Assembly (NCBI GenBank): GCA_036495685.1
Contig: DASXMJ010000023.1
Location: forward strand, 11,422 to 75,421
DNA: 64,000 bases
From: Candidatus Binataceae bacterium
GTDB lineage: Bacteria; Desulfobacterota; Binatia; Binatales; Binataceae
Direction of reading: 5' to 3'
In this document: in pieces, positions 19,531 to 28,482 of the stretch
Numbering within the stretch: the first letter of the stretch is position 1
Layout of the letters: each line of letters starts with the position of its first letter
Notes under the pieces: model-generated
Seen by the model: only the letters and a program-made list of their open reading frames with translations
Databases searched by the model: none
What the model was told of the DNA's origin: nothing
Position numbers and translations under genes: made by a program

Positions 19531-20061
19531 TCACTTCTTGGGCGGATTGTTCGGTGGGGATTGCTGACTTTCCTGGTTCCCGCCACTCGCGCCGTTGTGG
19601 TTTTGGTCGTCGGGCTTCGTGCCGAGGTTGTTGATCATCTGGCCGATCGCGTTCTCAAGAACGAACGAGGATTCGGTCTGTATGATTCGGCCTCCGTCAG
19701 CTAGGATTTTTTCACTTGGCCCGAGCTGGATCGATATGTATTTGCCACCGATGATGCCGGTGCTTCGTATCGAAGCGATCGCCTCGTCGTCGATTTTCAC
19801 GCCATGGTTTATCTGCATCGTGACGCGCGCCTGATTGCCGACCAAGATTTCGCTGAGAACCTTGCCGATTTGGACCCCCGCGATATCCACCTCGTCGCCG
19901 TCCTTCAGACCGCTGATATTGTCGAAGTTTGCATATAGCCGGTAGCTCGGCGTTGGCAGGATCGAAATCTGTCCGAGCCTAAACGAGAGAATTGCCAGCG
20001 CCACGATGCCCAGCAGGGCGAAAAGACCAACGATAAATTGTGTCGCGCGACTTGCGTACAT
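19531..20061 (-). CDS. mlaD: MlaD (MCE domain) protein
   Basis: N-terminal TM helix followed by an MCE domain (YRLYANFDNISGLKDGDEVDIAGVQIGKV). Confidence 0.82.
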   Translation of the reverse strand: MYASRATQFIVGLFALLGIVALAILSFRLGQISILPTPSYRLYANFDNISGLKDGDEVDIAGVQIGKVLSEILVGNQARVTMQINHGVKIDDEAIASIRSTGIIGGKYISIQLGPSEKILADGGRIIQTESSFVLENAIGQMINNLGTKPDDQNHNGASGGNQESQQSPPNNPPKK

Positions 20062-20063
20062 GT

Positions 20064-20861
20064 TCAGGAACTCACCTGATTGTTCTCCAAATCATCACCC
20101 GCGGCCCTGCCCGCCAAAAACTGTTTGAAATCCTCGTCGCCTGAAGCCGTGAGCTCGTCAACCGTACCCACCAACTTCATCTTTCCGCGATGCATGAACG
20201 CAACGCGATCCGAGATCGAGAAGACTTCCGGCACATCGTGGCTCACCACTATCGCGGTCAGGCCGAAATCCTGCTGCGTTTTGCGCACCAGCCGGTGAAT
20301 CGACCCGGTGCGAGTGGGATCGAGCCCCGTGGTCGGTTCATCGAGCATCAGGATTTTCGGCTGGGTCACGAGCGCCCGCGCCAGGGCCGCGCGCTTCTGC
20401 ATGCCGCCGCTGAGCTCGGACGGGAACTTGTCTTCCATTCCCTCTAGACCGACCGCAGCCAGGGTCTGCTGCACTCGGCGATTAATCTCTTCGCGCGCAA
20501 GATCGGTCTTCTCGACGAGCGGGAACGATACGTTGTCAAATACGCTCATCGAATCAAACAGCGCTCCGGCCTGAAATAACATCCCAAACTTCTCGCGAAC
20601 CGCATTCAAGCCTCGGTTGCCCAGCTTCGTGATCTCGATGCCGTCTATGGTTATCGAGCCCGAGTCGGGACGCAGCAACAGGTTCAAGTGCTTCAGGAAC
20701 ACCGTTTTGCCGCATCCGCTCGGACCTACGATGGTCGTAATGGTCCCGGTCGGAACCGTCAGATCCACACCATCGAGCACCTGCTGGCGGTCGAAGCGGC
20801 GCTTGAGTCCGCGGACCTCGATTGCATTCCCGGTGGTCGTGCCGTTGCTCTCGAAACTCAT
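20064..20861 (-). CDS. mlaF: MlaF ABC transporter ATP-binding protein
   Basis: Walker A GPSGCGKT, ABC signature LSGGMQKR, Walker B LMLDEPT. Confidence 0.88.
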   Translation of the reverse strand: MSFESNGTTTGNAIEVRGLKRRFDRQQVLDGVDLTVPTGTITTIVGPSGCGKTVFLKHLNLLLRPDSGSITIDGIEITKLGNRGLNAVREKFGMLFQAGALFDSMSVFDNVSFPLVEKTDLAREEINRRVQQTLAAVGLEGMEDKFPSELSGGMQKRAALARALVTQPKILMLDEPTTGLDPTRTGSIHRLVRKTQQDFGLTAIVVSHDVPEVFSISDRVAFMHRGKMKLVGTVDELTASGDEDFKQFLAGRAAGDDLENNQVSS

Positions 20862-20876
20862 CGCAAATTGCCCATG

Positions 20877-21653
20877 CTACAAGAGAATCGAGCCCATGAA
20901 ATAGTCCCACGCCAGCACCAGCACGCTGGATAGGACAACCGCCTCGGTGGTGGCGCGACTGACGCCGGTGGCCATCCGCTTTGCGTGATAGCCTTTGTAA
21001 CAACATACCGACATTACCACTACGCCAAATACCAGCGCCTTATAGAGAGTTAATGCGATGTCGTGGCGAGTCATATTGGCGGCGAGATTGTTGAAGTACG
21101 CCCCACCCGACGCGCCGAGGAGGCGGCACCCGACCAGGTACCCGGCCCAGATCCCTATGACGTTAAAGGTGACCGTGAGAATTGGGAAACTCACAACCCC
21201 CGCGATCATGCGAGGCGATACCAGGTATTGGAGCGGATTTATCGCCATCACCGTGAGCGCGTCGATCTGCTCGCTCGCCTGCATCGAACCGAGTTCCGCC
21301 GCCATCGCTGAGCCTGCGCGCGCGGCGATCATCAAGGCGGCGAGAACCGGCCCCAACTCACGCACCAGCGCGAGCCCCACCAGCGTCCCGAGCGAGTCTT
21401 CTGCGCCAAACAGATGGAGGGTGTGATAGCCCTGCAGCCCGAGCACCATTCCGGTGAAGGTTGCGATAAGCACTATCAGCATGAGTGACTCGGCGCCGAT
21501 AATCCTGACCTGACGCAAGGCCAACCGCGGCTTGTACGGCGGCAGCAGCGTGTAGAGGACGGATCGAAACAGAAACAGGACGAAGTTTCCCAGCGCGACG
21601 ATACCATCGAGAATAAACGCGCCCAGGCGCTCGACTAATTCGACTATCGACAT
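20877..21653 (-). CDS. mlaE: MlaE ABC transporter permease
   Basis: Polytopic permease of the MlaE/Ttg2B family, directly upstream of mlaF. Confidence 0.85.
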   Translation of the reverse strand: MSIVELVERLGAFILDGIVALGNFVLFLFRSVLYTLLPPYKPRLALRQVRIIGAESLMLIVLIATFTGMVLGLQGYHTLHLFGAEDSLGTLVGLALVRELGPVLAALMIAARAGSAMAAELGSMQASEQIDALTVMAINPLQYLVSPRMIAGVVSFPILTVTFNVIGIWAGYLVGCRLLGASGGAYFNNLAANMTRHDIALTLYKALVFGVVVMSVCCYKGYHAKRMATGVSRATTEAVVLSSVLVLAWDYFMGSILL

Positions 21654-21672
21654 TGGCCTGCGGAACCGAGTC

Positions 21673-22317
21673 TCAGTGCTGTGCGATCCCGAGGCGAACC
21701 AGCTGGTTCAACGTGTGAGTGGTGGACGATGCACGCACGAATTCGTAGAGGTCCTGCGGCAGATCAAGATCGAGCGCCGGACGCGCCAGCCGCAACACTC
21801 GGCAGGCGAGGTTTCGGCTCTGGCAGTTATCGAGATGACGTACCAGGCTCAATCTGCCGAATTGGGTCGGTACGACATCGGCGGGAGAGCGCGCGATCAC
21901 ATTGGTACCGCTAAAATCTCGCGAGGGTACCAGTACGGCGCCACCGCCCGCGGGCATGGCGTCGAAGACCTCGTTGATATCGCCGCCGGTGATCGCCGGA
22001 ATGTCGGAAAGAACGGTGCACACGGTGGCGGCGCCCTTTGCCACCAGTCGTTCGGTAGCGAGTGCCACCGCCACATTCAGTCCGCGCGGAGTCTGCTCAT
22101 CGATCGCCAATGCACCGCCCTCGCGCGCGAGGCTCAGCAACCCGCAGTCCGAGGTGACCACCGCCACGCAGTCCGCGTTGCGCGCGGAAAGCGCGGCCGC
22201 GAGCACGTCACGAAACATCGCCTCTGCCAGTATCTTTCGCTCGGCCGGCGGCAGCACCGAAGCCAGCCGATTCTTGGCAAACGCGAGCTCCTTCGCGGCG
22301 ATCAAAATTGCGCGCAC
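21673..22317 (-). CDS. cofC: CofC/FbiD-like 2-phospho-L-lactate (or PEP) guanylyltransferase (F420 biosynthesis), MobA-like NTP-transferase fold
   Basis: MRAILIAAKELAFAKNRLASVLPP...VLVPSRDFSGTNVIA resembles the CofC/FbiD family. It sits 20 nt upstream of mlaE on the same strand. Confidence 0.6.
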   Translation of the reverse strand: MRAILIAAKELAFAKNRLASVLPPAERKILAEAMFRDVLAAALSARNADCVAVVTSDCGLLSLAREGGALAIDEQTPRGLNVAVALATERLVAKGAATVCTVLSDIPAITGGDINEVFDAMPAGGGAVLVPSRDFSGTNVIARSPADVVPTQFGRLSLVRHLDNCQSRNLACRVLRLARPALDLDLPQDLYEFVRASSTTHTLNQLVRLGIAQH

Positions 22318-22496
22318 GGCGTCACTTTATAACCTACCGAACAGGCGTAGCCAACGGATGCGGTGATACCGGCCACCAGGGCACGCGACACCTTTTGACA
22401 TTCTGCTTGACACCGTTTGGAGCCAAGCCAAGATAAGGGATGAACCGGGTTGCGTCAGCCGCGGCCCGCAAACCCTTCTACATCCGGGGGACCCCA

Positions 22497-23375
22497 ATGC
22501 CCACAATCGGCCGAATCTCATCGCTGCTTGTCCCTGCCGTGGTGCTGGCATTTGCAACGACCTCGGTGAGCGGATGTCACCGGGAATCGGTTGAGGATTA
22601 CCTCGCCGCCGGCGACTCCGCAATGCAGGCAAACAAGCTGGCCGACGCCGAACATCAGTACTCGGAAGCGGCGAAAGCCGCGCCCAACGATCCGAGAGTC
22701 CATGTCGCGCTCGGCAACCTCTACACCTTCGAGCACAAACCACAGCCGGCGCAAGTGGAAGACATGAAGGTTATCGATCTCGACCCGCGCAACCCGGCAG
22801 CACACGTCGCGCTCGGTAATCTGTATCTCGATCAGCAGGAGACACGGCAAGCCGAGGAACAATATCGCGCGGCGATCGCGCTCGATCCCTCCCACGCCAA
22901 CTACTACCTGCAACTCGGTGAGGTGCTGAGCCGCGAAGGCCGGAGCGCCGATGCAGAAGCGCAGTACCGCACCGCAATCGGACTCGATCCCAAGAGCGCA
23001 CAGGCGCATCTGGCGCTCGCGAACTTTCTAAACAGCCAACCCGGGCGCCAGGCAGAGGGTGATGCCGAACTCTCCACGGCACGAATTCTCGACCCCAAGC
23101 TCGCCGCCTCCGCACCGCCCGCCGCTGGCTCAACCGAGGAGGGGGCGCCCGCGGGAGCGGCGGCCTCAGGCTCGACAAAGATTAAGCCGCTCAACAAGGT
23201 TTTCCTGCTCACCAAGAACTCGCCGGTCTACGAAAGCCCCGATACCACCAGCAACGTGGTCGGACAGGTCCATAAGAAGAAGTACGTGCATGTGGTCGGA
23301 TTGGCCGGGAGCTATCTGCAAATCAAATTGCGCAACGGTACCGTGGGCTTTGTGCCCGAGACCGCCGCCGAGTAA
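22497..23375 (+). CDS. TPR-repeat lipoprotein with C-terminal SH3-like/beta domain
   Basis: Signal peptide with lipobox (VSGC) when started at the MPTIGR ATG (22497). Several TPR repeats (HVALGNLY..., HLALANFL), a low-complexity Ala/Pro linker, then a small C-terminal domain. Confidence 0.65.
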   Translation: MPTIGRISSLLVPAVVLAFATTSVSGCHRESVEDYLAAGDSAMQANKLADAEHQYSEAAKAAPNDPRVHVALGNLYTFEHKPQPAQVEDMKVIDLDPRNPAAHVALGNLYLDQQETRQAEEQYRAAIALDPSHANYYLQLGEVLSREGRSADAEAQYRTAIGLDPKSAQAHLALANFLNSQPGRQAEGDAELSTARILDPKLAASAPPAAGSTEEGAPAGAAASGSTKIKPLNKVFLLTKNSPVYESPDTTSNVVGQVHKKKYVHVVGLAGSYLQIKLRNGTVGFVPETAAE

Positions 23376-23424
23376 TAGGCAATTCAGAGGCTGCAATTTC
23401 GACCAATCGGGAGAAACCAGGGCC

Positions 23425-24135
23425 ATGGCCAACGAGGGGATTCTGGAACGCGAAGTCGATTTTCCGGGTAAGGCCTGTACGCTCAGCGCGTATACCGCGG
23501 AACCGCAGGATGGTCCGCCTGCCCTGCCCGCGGTCATCGTCGTGCAGGAATGGTGGGGACTGAACGATCATATACGCGACGTTGCGCGGCGCTTCGCGCG
23601 CGAAGGATACGTCGCCGTGGCGCCGGATCTCTATTCTCGCCAGGGCCACAAGGTCGCCAACGACCCCAATACCGCCGCTCAGCTGATGGGTGGTCTGAAG
23701 CAAGCCGACGGAATCGAGGATCTCAAGACCACCGTCGCATGGATCCGTGATCAGAAACGGACGCGATCCTCCAAGATGGGCATCATTGGCTTCTGCATGG
23801 GCGGGAGCTATGCGCTTCTGTTACCCTGCGAATCGAAGGAACTCTCGGCCGCGGCTCCCTTCTATGGAGAGATACCGCCCGACAACAAGATCCGCGAGCT
23901 GTCCTGTCCGGTTTTTTATGCGTACGACACCAACGATGGATGGATTAATCGTTCGGATGTCGATCGGTTGCAAAAGGCCCTGCGGGAATTTGGCAAGCAG
24001 GGCACGGTGAAGCTCTACCCGGGATGCTCTCACGGATTTTTCAACGACACCCGTCCCGACGTCTACAACGCAGAAGCCGCTCGCGATGCATGGCATCAGG
24101 TCCTGCAATTGTTCAGTGCGAATTTGAAGGGTTGA
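23425..24135 (+). CDS. Dienelactone hydrolase family protein
   Basis: VIVVQEWWGLNDHIRDVARRFAREGYVAVAPDLY...GFCMGG are DLH motifs. The ORF-track Pro/Arg-rich N-terminal extension, which overlaps the TPR gene, is rejected. Confidence 0.8.
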   Translation: MANEGILEREVDFPGKACTLSAYTAEPQDGPPALPAVIVVQEWWGLNDHIRDVARRFAREGYVAVAPDLYSRQGHKVANDPNTAAQLMGGLKQADGIEDLKTTVAWIRDQKRTRSSKMGIIGFCMGGSYALLLPCESKELSAAAPFYGEIPPDNKIRELSCPVFYAYDTNDGWINRSDVDRLQKALREFGKQGTVKLYPGCSHGFFNDTRPDVYNAEAARDAWHQVLQLFSANLKG

Positions 24136-24161
24136 GGGAGAATACGGGGTCGCCGTCGATA

Positions 24162-26090
24162 CTAATTCGGAGCTGACTCTGGTAGCGCCGTCCCGGCGGC
24201 GCCTTCTTCTGCCCTCATTTCTAGCGCCCAGGTCTCAATATTTGGTCCGCTCAGGTAGATGAGACGCCCCTCGTCGGGCGTGCGCTCGCGAAGCCAGCGC
24301 GCGACGATTTGCATCGGTTCCAGTTCGTCGCGTGTAACCGGCCTTGCCTTATAGCGCTCGAAGTGTTGGATAACAAAGTCTCTTACTTCCGTCCCCGCCG
24401 CTGGCGAATCTAGTTTCCGGGTCAGGGCGAGTCGTCCCGAGAGAACCACGTGTGCGGCGCGGTCGTCGTCGGAACCAGTGACGATGACCAGGTTGTTCTC
24501 GGTGATGACCTGGCTCAGCCGCGAGGCGCGGTGCGACAGGGTCACCAGCGATTCCAGGTCACGGCGCAATCTCGCCGCTTCCTCGTAGCGCAGCGCGGAT
24601 GCGGCGTCATCGCGAGCGCGTGCCAGGTCGCCCAAAAGCTGCCCTCCGCGTCCTTGCAAAAAAACCATCGCCCGGCGTACGCGGACTCCATAGGCGTCGG
24701 CGCTGATGCCCGCGTTGCAGGGCGCGCAACAATGACCCATCTGCCCGTAGAGACAAGGCGAAAAGTCGGGATCGGGCGCAAGTCTTCCGGAGCAGGTCCG
24801 CAAACCCAGAATTCTCGACAGCGCATGTATGGAATGGTCGAGGCTGCGTCGTCCGATGAACGGACCCAGATACCTGACCCCGGGACGTGCGCCTATCCGG
24901 GGCGCGACCACAACGCGCGGAAATTCGTCGCTCAGGTCCAGCTTGATGAAATAGGCCGGCGCGACCGACTTCAGCATTCGGTTGTATGGTGGCTTGAGTT
25001 CGCGAATCAGCTCCGACTCAAGCAATGCTGCCTCCAGCGCCGATCGCGCGACGCGCGTCTCGATGGCGTAAACATGGCTGATAAGCTCTGCCGTCTTGGC
25101 GTTAACCGCCGCGGTGAAATACGACCCGACGCGCTCGCGCAGGCGGCGGGCTTTGCCGACGTAGAGCAGGTCGCCACGCGCATTGCGCATCAGATAAACC
25201 CCGGGCGCCAGGGGCAGCGCCGCAATGTCTTCGGGCGAAACATGCCGCTCGATGCGACGACCGGAAGGGCCGCGGCCATGCAGATCAAGCAAGCGGTCGA
25301 GCCGGCCAATTCCCATGTTTTCCGCTATTTCCAGAAAGACGCTCAAAATTTCAGCCGCCATGCGCGCATCGCCGAGACCGCGATGCCGTCCGGCGGTAGA
25401 CAATCCGAAATGCTCCGCCAGCAGATCGAGGCGTCTTCGCTTGAGCGATGGAAGAAAGCGTCGTGCCATGCGCAGCGTGCACAGGATCGGATTGCGCAAC
25501 CCGATTCCAAAGATTCGACGGAATTCGAAGTTCAGAAATGAAAAATCGAACGTGGCGTTGTGCGCGACCAGCACCGAGGGACCAAGAAAGTCGCGAAACG
25601 CGGGCAAGACCTTTTCGATCGGTGGCGCCGCGGTCACCATCTCATTACTGATCGAGGTGAGCCCACTGATGAAGCGCGGAATCGGCCCCTGAGGCCGCAC
25701 CAGCGTCTCAAATGACTCGACCATTCTGCGCCCCACCATCCGATAAGCGCCGATCTCGATGATCGTGCCGGGTCCCGCCCGCCCGCCGGTGGTCTCCAGG
25801 TCAACGACGCAGAACGACGCTTCGTTCAGCGGCACCCGCAGCGCCGCGCACCTGCGCAACGACCACAGCGAGGTCGCCGTATCGAAAACAAAATTGGGAT
25901 CGGAAGCGAGCAGCGTGTTGACGATCCGCGCGGCGAGTTCCGGATCAGAGCCAGCGCCCGACAGCAACAGGCCCAGCAGTTCGCGCGCATCGGCCCCCGC
26001 CGGCCGCGACTCCAGAAACGCGTACAGTTTCTCTTTGGTAGTCGCACGCGGATCGCGTGCAGTATTCAATCTCACCGTCTCCACGACCAA
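24162..26090 (-). CDS. Fusion protein: DnaQ-like 3'-5' exonuclease (DEDDh) + GIY-YIG nuclease + UvrC-type Cys-rich and UVR domains (Cho-like/Rv2191-like)
   Basis: FCVVDLETTGG...VAHNATFDFSFL...HRGLGDARMAAEIL is a Pol III epsilon-like exonuclease. GVYLMRNARGDLLYVGKARRLRERVGSYF is GIY-YIG. C-x-CC-x-C and YEEAARLRRDL are UvrC-like. About 100 aa of N-terminal and about 200 aa of C-terminal sequence have unknown function. Confidence 0.8.
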   Translation of the reverse strand: MVVETVRLNTARDPRATTKEKLYAFLESRPAGADARELLGLLLSGAGSDPELAARIVNTLLASDPNFVFDTATSLWSLRRCAALRVPLNEASFCVVDLETTGGRAGPGTIIEIGAYRMVGRRMVESFETLVRPQGPIPRFISGLTSISNEMVTAAPPIEKVLPAFRDFLGPSVLVAHNATFDFSFLNFEFRRIFGIGLRNPILCTLRMARRFLPSLKRRRLDLLAEHFGLSTAGRHRGLGDARMAAEILSVFLEIAENMGIGRLDRLLDLHGRGPSGRRIERHVSPEDIAALPLAPGVYLMRNARGDLLYVGKARRLRERVGSYFTAAVNAKTAELISHVYAIETRVARSALEAALLESELIRELKPPYNRMLKSVAPAYFIKLDLSDEFPRVVVAPRIGARPGVRYLGPFIGRRSLDHSIHALSRILGLRTCSGRLAPDPDFSPCLYGQMGHCCAPCNAGISADAYGVRVRRAMVFLQGRGGQLLGDLARARDDAASALRYEEAARLRRDLESLVTLSHRASRLSQVITENNLVIVTGSDDDRAAHVVLSGRLALTRKLDSPAAGTEVRDFVIQHFERYKARPVTRDELEPMQIVARWLRERTPDEGRLIYLSGPNIETWALEMRAEEGAAGTALPESAPN

Positions 26091-26492
26091 CCCAGCCTCA
26101 CCCGGCTAAAACGACTATCAAGTCGCTCCGCGGATGGGAATGCGGGGAATCCGGGAGTCAGTCGGTTGATTTCATGGAAGTTTAGCGCTATCGCGCTGGC
26201 GGCCGAGACGCCCCGCGCCGATGCGCGTATCTTACAGGGCCAGTAGCGCCGTAGTGCGCGCCTTCGCGAGGAGTTGCCGCTGCTCTCGCGCTCCGCGTCA
26301 GCCCAGTAGCGCGCCGTGGCAGCGGAGGATCTGATTGTCGTCGCGGCCCGCCATGGAACATCGCTTCTACCGTCACGCAAGAACTGGTTCTGGCGGTGAT
26401 CTTTGCACCCGCGATGGCCAGGTAGGATTAAGAAGCTGACGGAGCTGCAGCAAGACTGCATGGCCCGGTCGTCTCCATAGGGCGAAGGCTGG

Positions 26493-27098
26493 CTATTGGT
26501 CGGCGCGGAGTCGCAGGCCGTTCCACATTCGGTCGGCGGATTCGCTGACTTCGCGCCGAGCACGCTGTTTGTCGGAAGCGTGCGCAATCAGCCGCGCGGC
26601 TTCATTCATCGCCCCCATAATCATATGGGCCAGAGGCTCGACCGGTTGTTTTTCGATGATGCCAGCGGCGATGGATACCTCGATCGCGGCCTTCATCCCC
26701 GCCAGGTAATAGCTCTCATCGGATTGGCGAAAGCCTTCCGAGCCAAGCACGGCGGGGGCATCGATCAGGATGATTTGCTGGACGGCGGGATCAAGGCACG
26801 CTTCAAGAAAAGCCTCATTTGCCGTCATCAACGCCCGCCACGGATCCGACTCTTTCGCTGCGGCCTCAGTACATTTGGCAGCCACTTTCAGCTGTTCCTC
26901 ATGGAGGACCGCCTTGAACAGATCCTGCTTGTCCTTGAAATGGTGATACAGGGCGCCGCGTGTCACTCGCGCGCGCCTCACAATGTCTTCGGTCGCGGTG
27001 TCGGCGTAACCGCGTTCGGCGAAGAACTTCCGCGCAATTTTCACAAGGGCAGTGCGAGTAGCAGCCGAGTTTTCGGCCTGGCGACTCTTGACAGACAT
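26493..27098 (-). CDS. TetR/AcrR family transcriptional regulator
   Basis: HTH sequence TRTALVKIARKFFAERGYADTATEDIVRRARVTRGALYHHF. Confidence 0.88.
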   Translation of the reverse strand: MSVKSRQAENSAATRTALVKIARKFFAERGYADTATEDIVRRARVTRGALYHHFKDKQDLFKAVLHEEQLKVAAKCTEAAAKESDPWRALMTANEAFLEACLDPAVQQIILIDAPAVLGSEGFRQSDESYYLAGMKAAIEVSIAAGIIEKQPVEPLAHMIMGAMNEAARLIAHASDKQRARREVSESADRMWNGLRLRADQ

Positions 27099-27111
27099 AC
27101 GTTTAGTAAGT

Positions 27112-27130
27112 TACATACAGACAGTATGTA
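27112..27130. promoter_or_regulatory. Perfect 7-5-7 inverted repeat TACATAC-AGACA-GTATGTA in the TetR/hydrolase divergent intergenic region (candidate TetR operator)
   Basis: Palindrome read directly from the sequence. It lies between the tetR start (27098) and the hydrolase RBS GGAGG (27153) and ATG (27163). Confidence 0.55.
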
Positions 27131-27162
27131 TCAATATTCACGTTCTCTTGTGGAGGTTAGCA

Positions 27163-28026
27163 ATGAACGCGTCTGAGTTCCAGTCCATGCGAAAGTTCGC
27201 CGACACCCCGTTTGGCCGCATCGCCTACGTGGAGGGCGGCAGCGGACCTGTCGCGCTGTTCGTTCACGGGTTTCCGCTGTGTGGCTACCAATGGCGCCAT
27301 GCTCTGGTTGAACTCTCACCGGTGCACACCTGTGTGGCGCCAGACATGATGGGCGTGGGGTATAGCGAGATTCCCGCGTCACAGGACCTTACGTTCGAAT
27401 CCCAGGCTGACATGCTGGCCGCGTTTCTGGACGCACGCTCGATCAAGCAGGTTGATCTCGTGGCAAACGACACGGGTGCCGGCGTAAGCCAGGTGTTTCT
27501 CTCACTTCATCCGCATCGCGTACGCTCGGTCACCCTTACCAACTGCGAAGTCCACGACTTGTGGCCGAACGCGATGCTGGAGCAGTTTTTCACCGCACTC
27601 AAGTCCGGCGTGGTGGGGGAGTTGCTAGGGAACATCGTGGGCGATCCTGCGGCCGCCGCGCCGCTTGCCACGGCATATGAATATCCGGAGACCCTGAACA
27701 AAGAATCGCTTGAAATGTATTTCACTCCCTTCGCAGAGTCGGAAGCGCGCCGCGAGCAGGTGAAGGGTTTTTCGCAGTTCGAGCGCAATCGCGAACAGTT
27801 AGTTGCAGCAGCCAAGGGGCTCCGCGCGTCAAAGGTTCCCGCGCAGGTTCTTTGGGGCGAGGGAGATACCGCCTTTGATGCTCGCGCCTCGATCGAGTGG
27901 TTCAGGGGCAATCTCGGCGGACTGCGCAAAGTAACCACAATTCCAAACGCGAAGGTATTCTGGCCAGAGGAGCATCCTCGCCTTTTGACAGTGCTGCTCA
28001 AAGAGTTCTGGTCCGGCGTTAACTGA
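27163..28026 (+). CDS. Alpha/beta hydrolase (haloalkane dehalogenase/epoxide hydrolase-like fold)
   Basis: FGRIAYVEGGSGPVALFVHGFP...VANDTGAGV (nucleophile elbow). Start at the ATG that follows the GGAGG RBS; the upstream extension is rejected. Confidence 0.8.
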   Translation: MNASEFQSMRKFADTPFGRIAYVEGGSGPVALFVHGFPLCGYQWRHALVELSPVHTCVAPDMMGVGYSEIPASQDLTFESQADMLAAFLDARSIKQVDLVANDTGAGVSQVFLSLHPHRVRSVTLTNCEVHDLWPNAMLEQFFTALKSGVVGELLGNIVGDPAAAAPLATAYEYPETLNKESLEMYFTPFAESEARREQVKGFSQFERNREQLVAAAKGLRASKVPAQVLWGEGDTAFDARASIEWFRGNLGGLRKVTTIPNAKVFWPEEHPRLLTVLLKEFWSGVN

Positions 28027-28482
28027 AGGTTTTGCGGAGCTGCCTCGGCGGTCGCTCCTCTGAATCGAAAAATCAAGAAGTTGGATCGGAGAACCAAATG
28101 CGCTCCCGCCGAGGCACGATGGCAGTTCTCAACAAGCTCGCATCACTCCAGCAGATCGACTCCTCGCAGCTCGCCTCTCTCGGATTCCGTATGAGCGGAA
28201 ACTCCTCGCTTGGAGAGCGCGCAGCTGCGCGGAGTCGTAGGCTTTCGCGGCGGCCTACATCTCGAACGACAAGGGCCGGTCAGGCGAAGGCGAAGGTTTG
28301 GGTAGTGACCGGTGGCGACGATCAGGTGGTGCTCCTCGATCACGGGAACCAGTTTCAGGCCGAAGGTCGCGGAACGCGATCACGACGTTCTTCAAGGAAA
28401 CCCTTGCGCGGCGTTTCGGAACCTCAGCCGTTGAATGATTAATTTGCAGTTACGCCGCTCCGCGCAACGATAGGAGAAACAC

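Noticed and set aside
22318-22439. Two TTGACA hexamers between the cofC-like and TPR lipoprotein genes as promoters
   Set aside because: No convincing -10 element is found at 16-18 nt spacing from either hexamer, so they were not annotated.
23059-23424. Pro/Arg-rich N-terminal extension of the dienelactone hydrolase ORF (and similar extensions on the M16 peptidase, TolB-like, alpha/beta hydrolase, SufT, MBL and crotonase ORFs)
   Set aside because: The extensions overlap upstream genes, are low-complexity, and precede an internal ATG with a proper RBS or signal peptide. They come from the long open frames common in GC-rich DNA.
28143-28343. 66-aa minus-strand ORF in the 455-nt gap
   Set aside because: No RBS, an odd His/Arg/Pro-rich product, and it is antisense to the equally doubtful plus-strand ORF; neither is reported as a gene.
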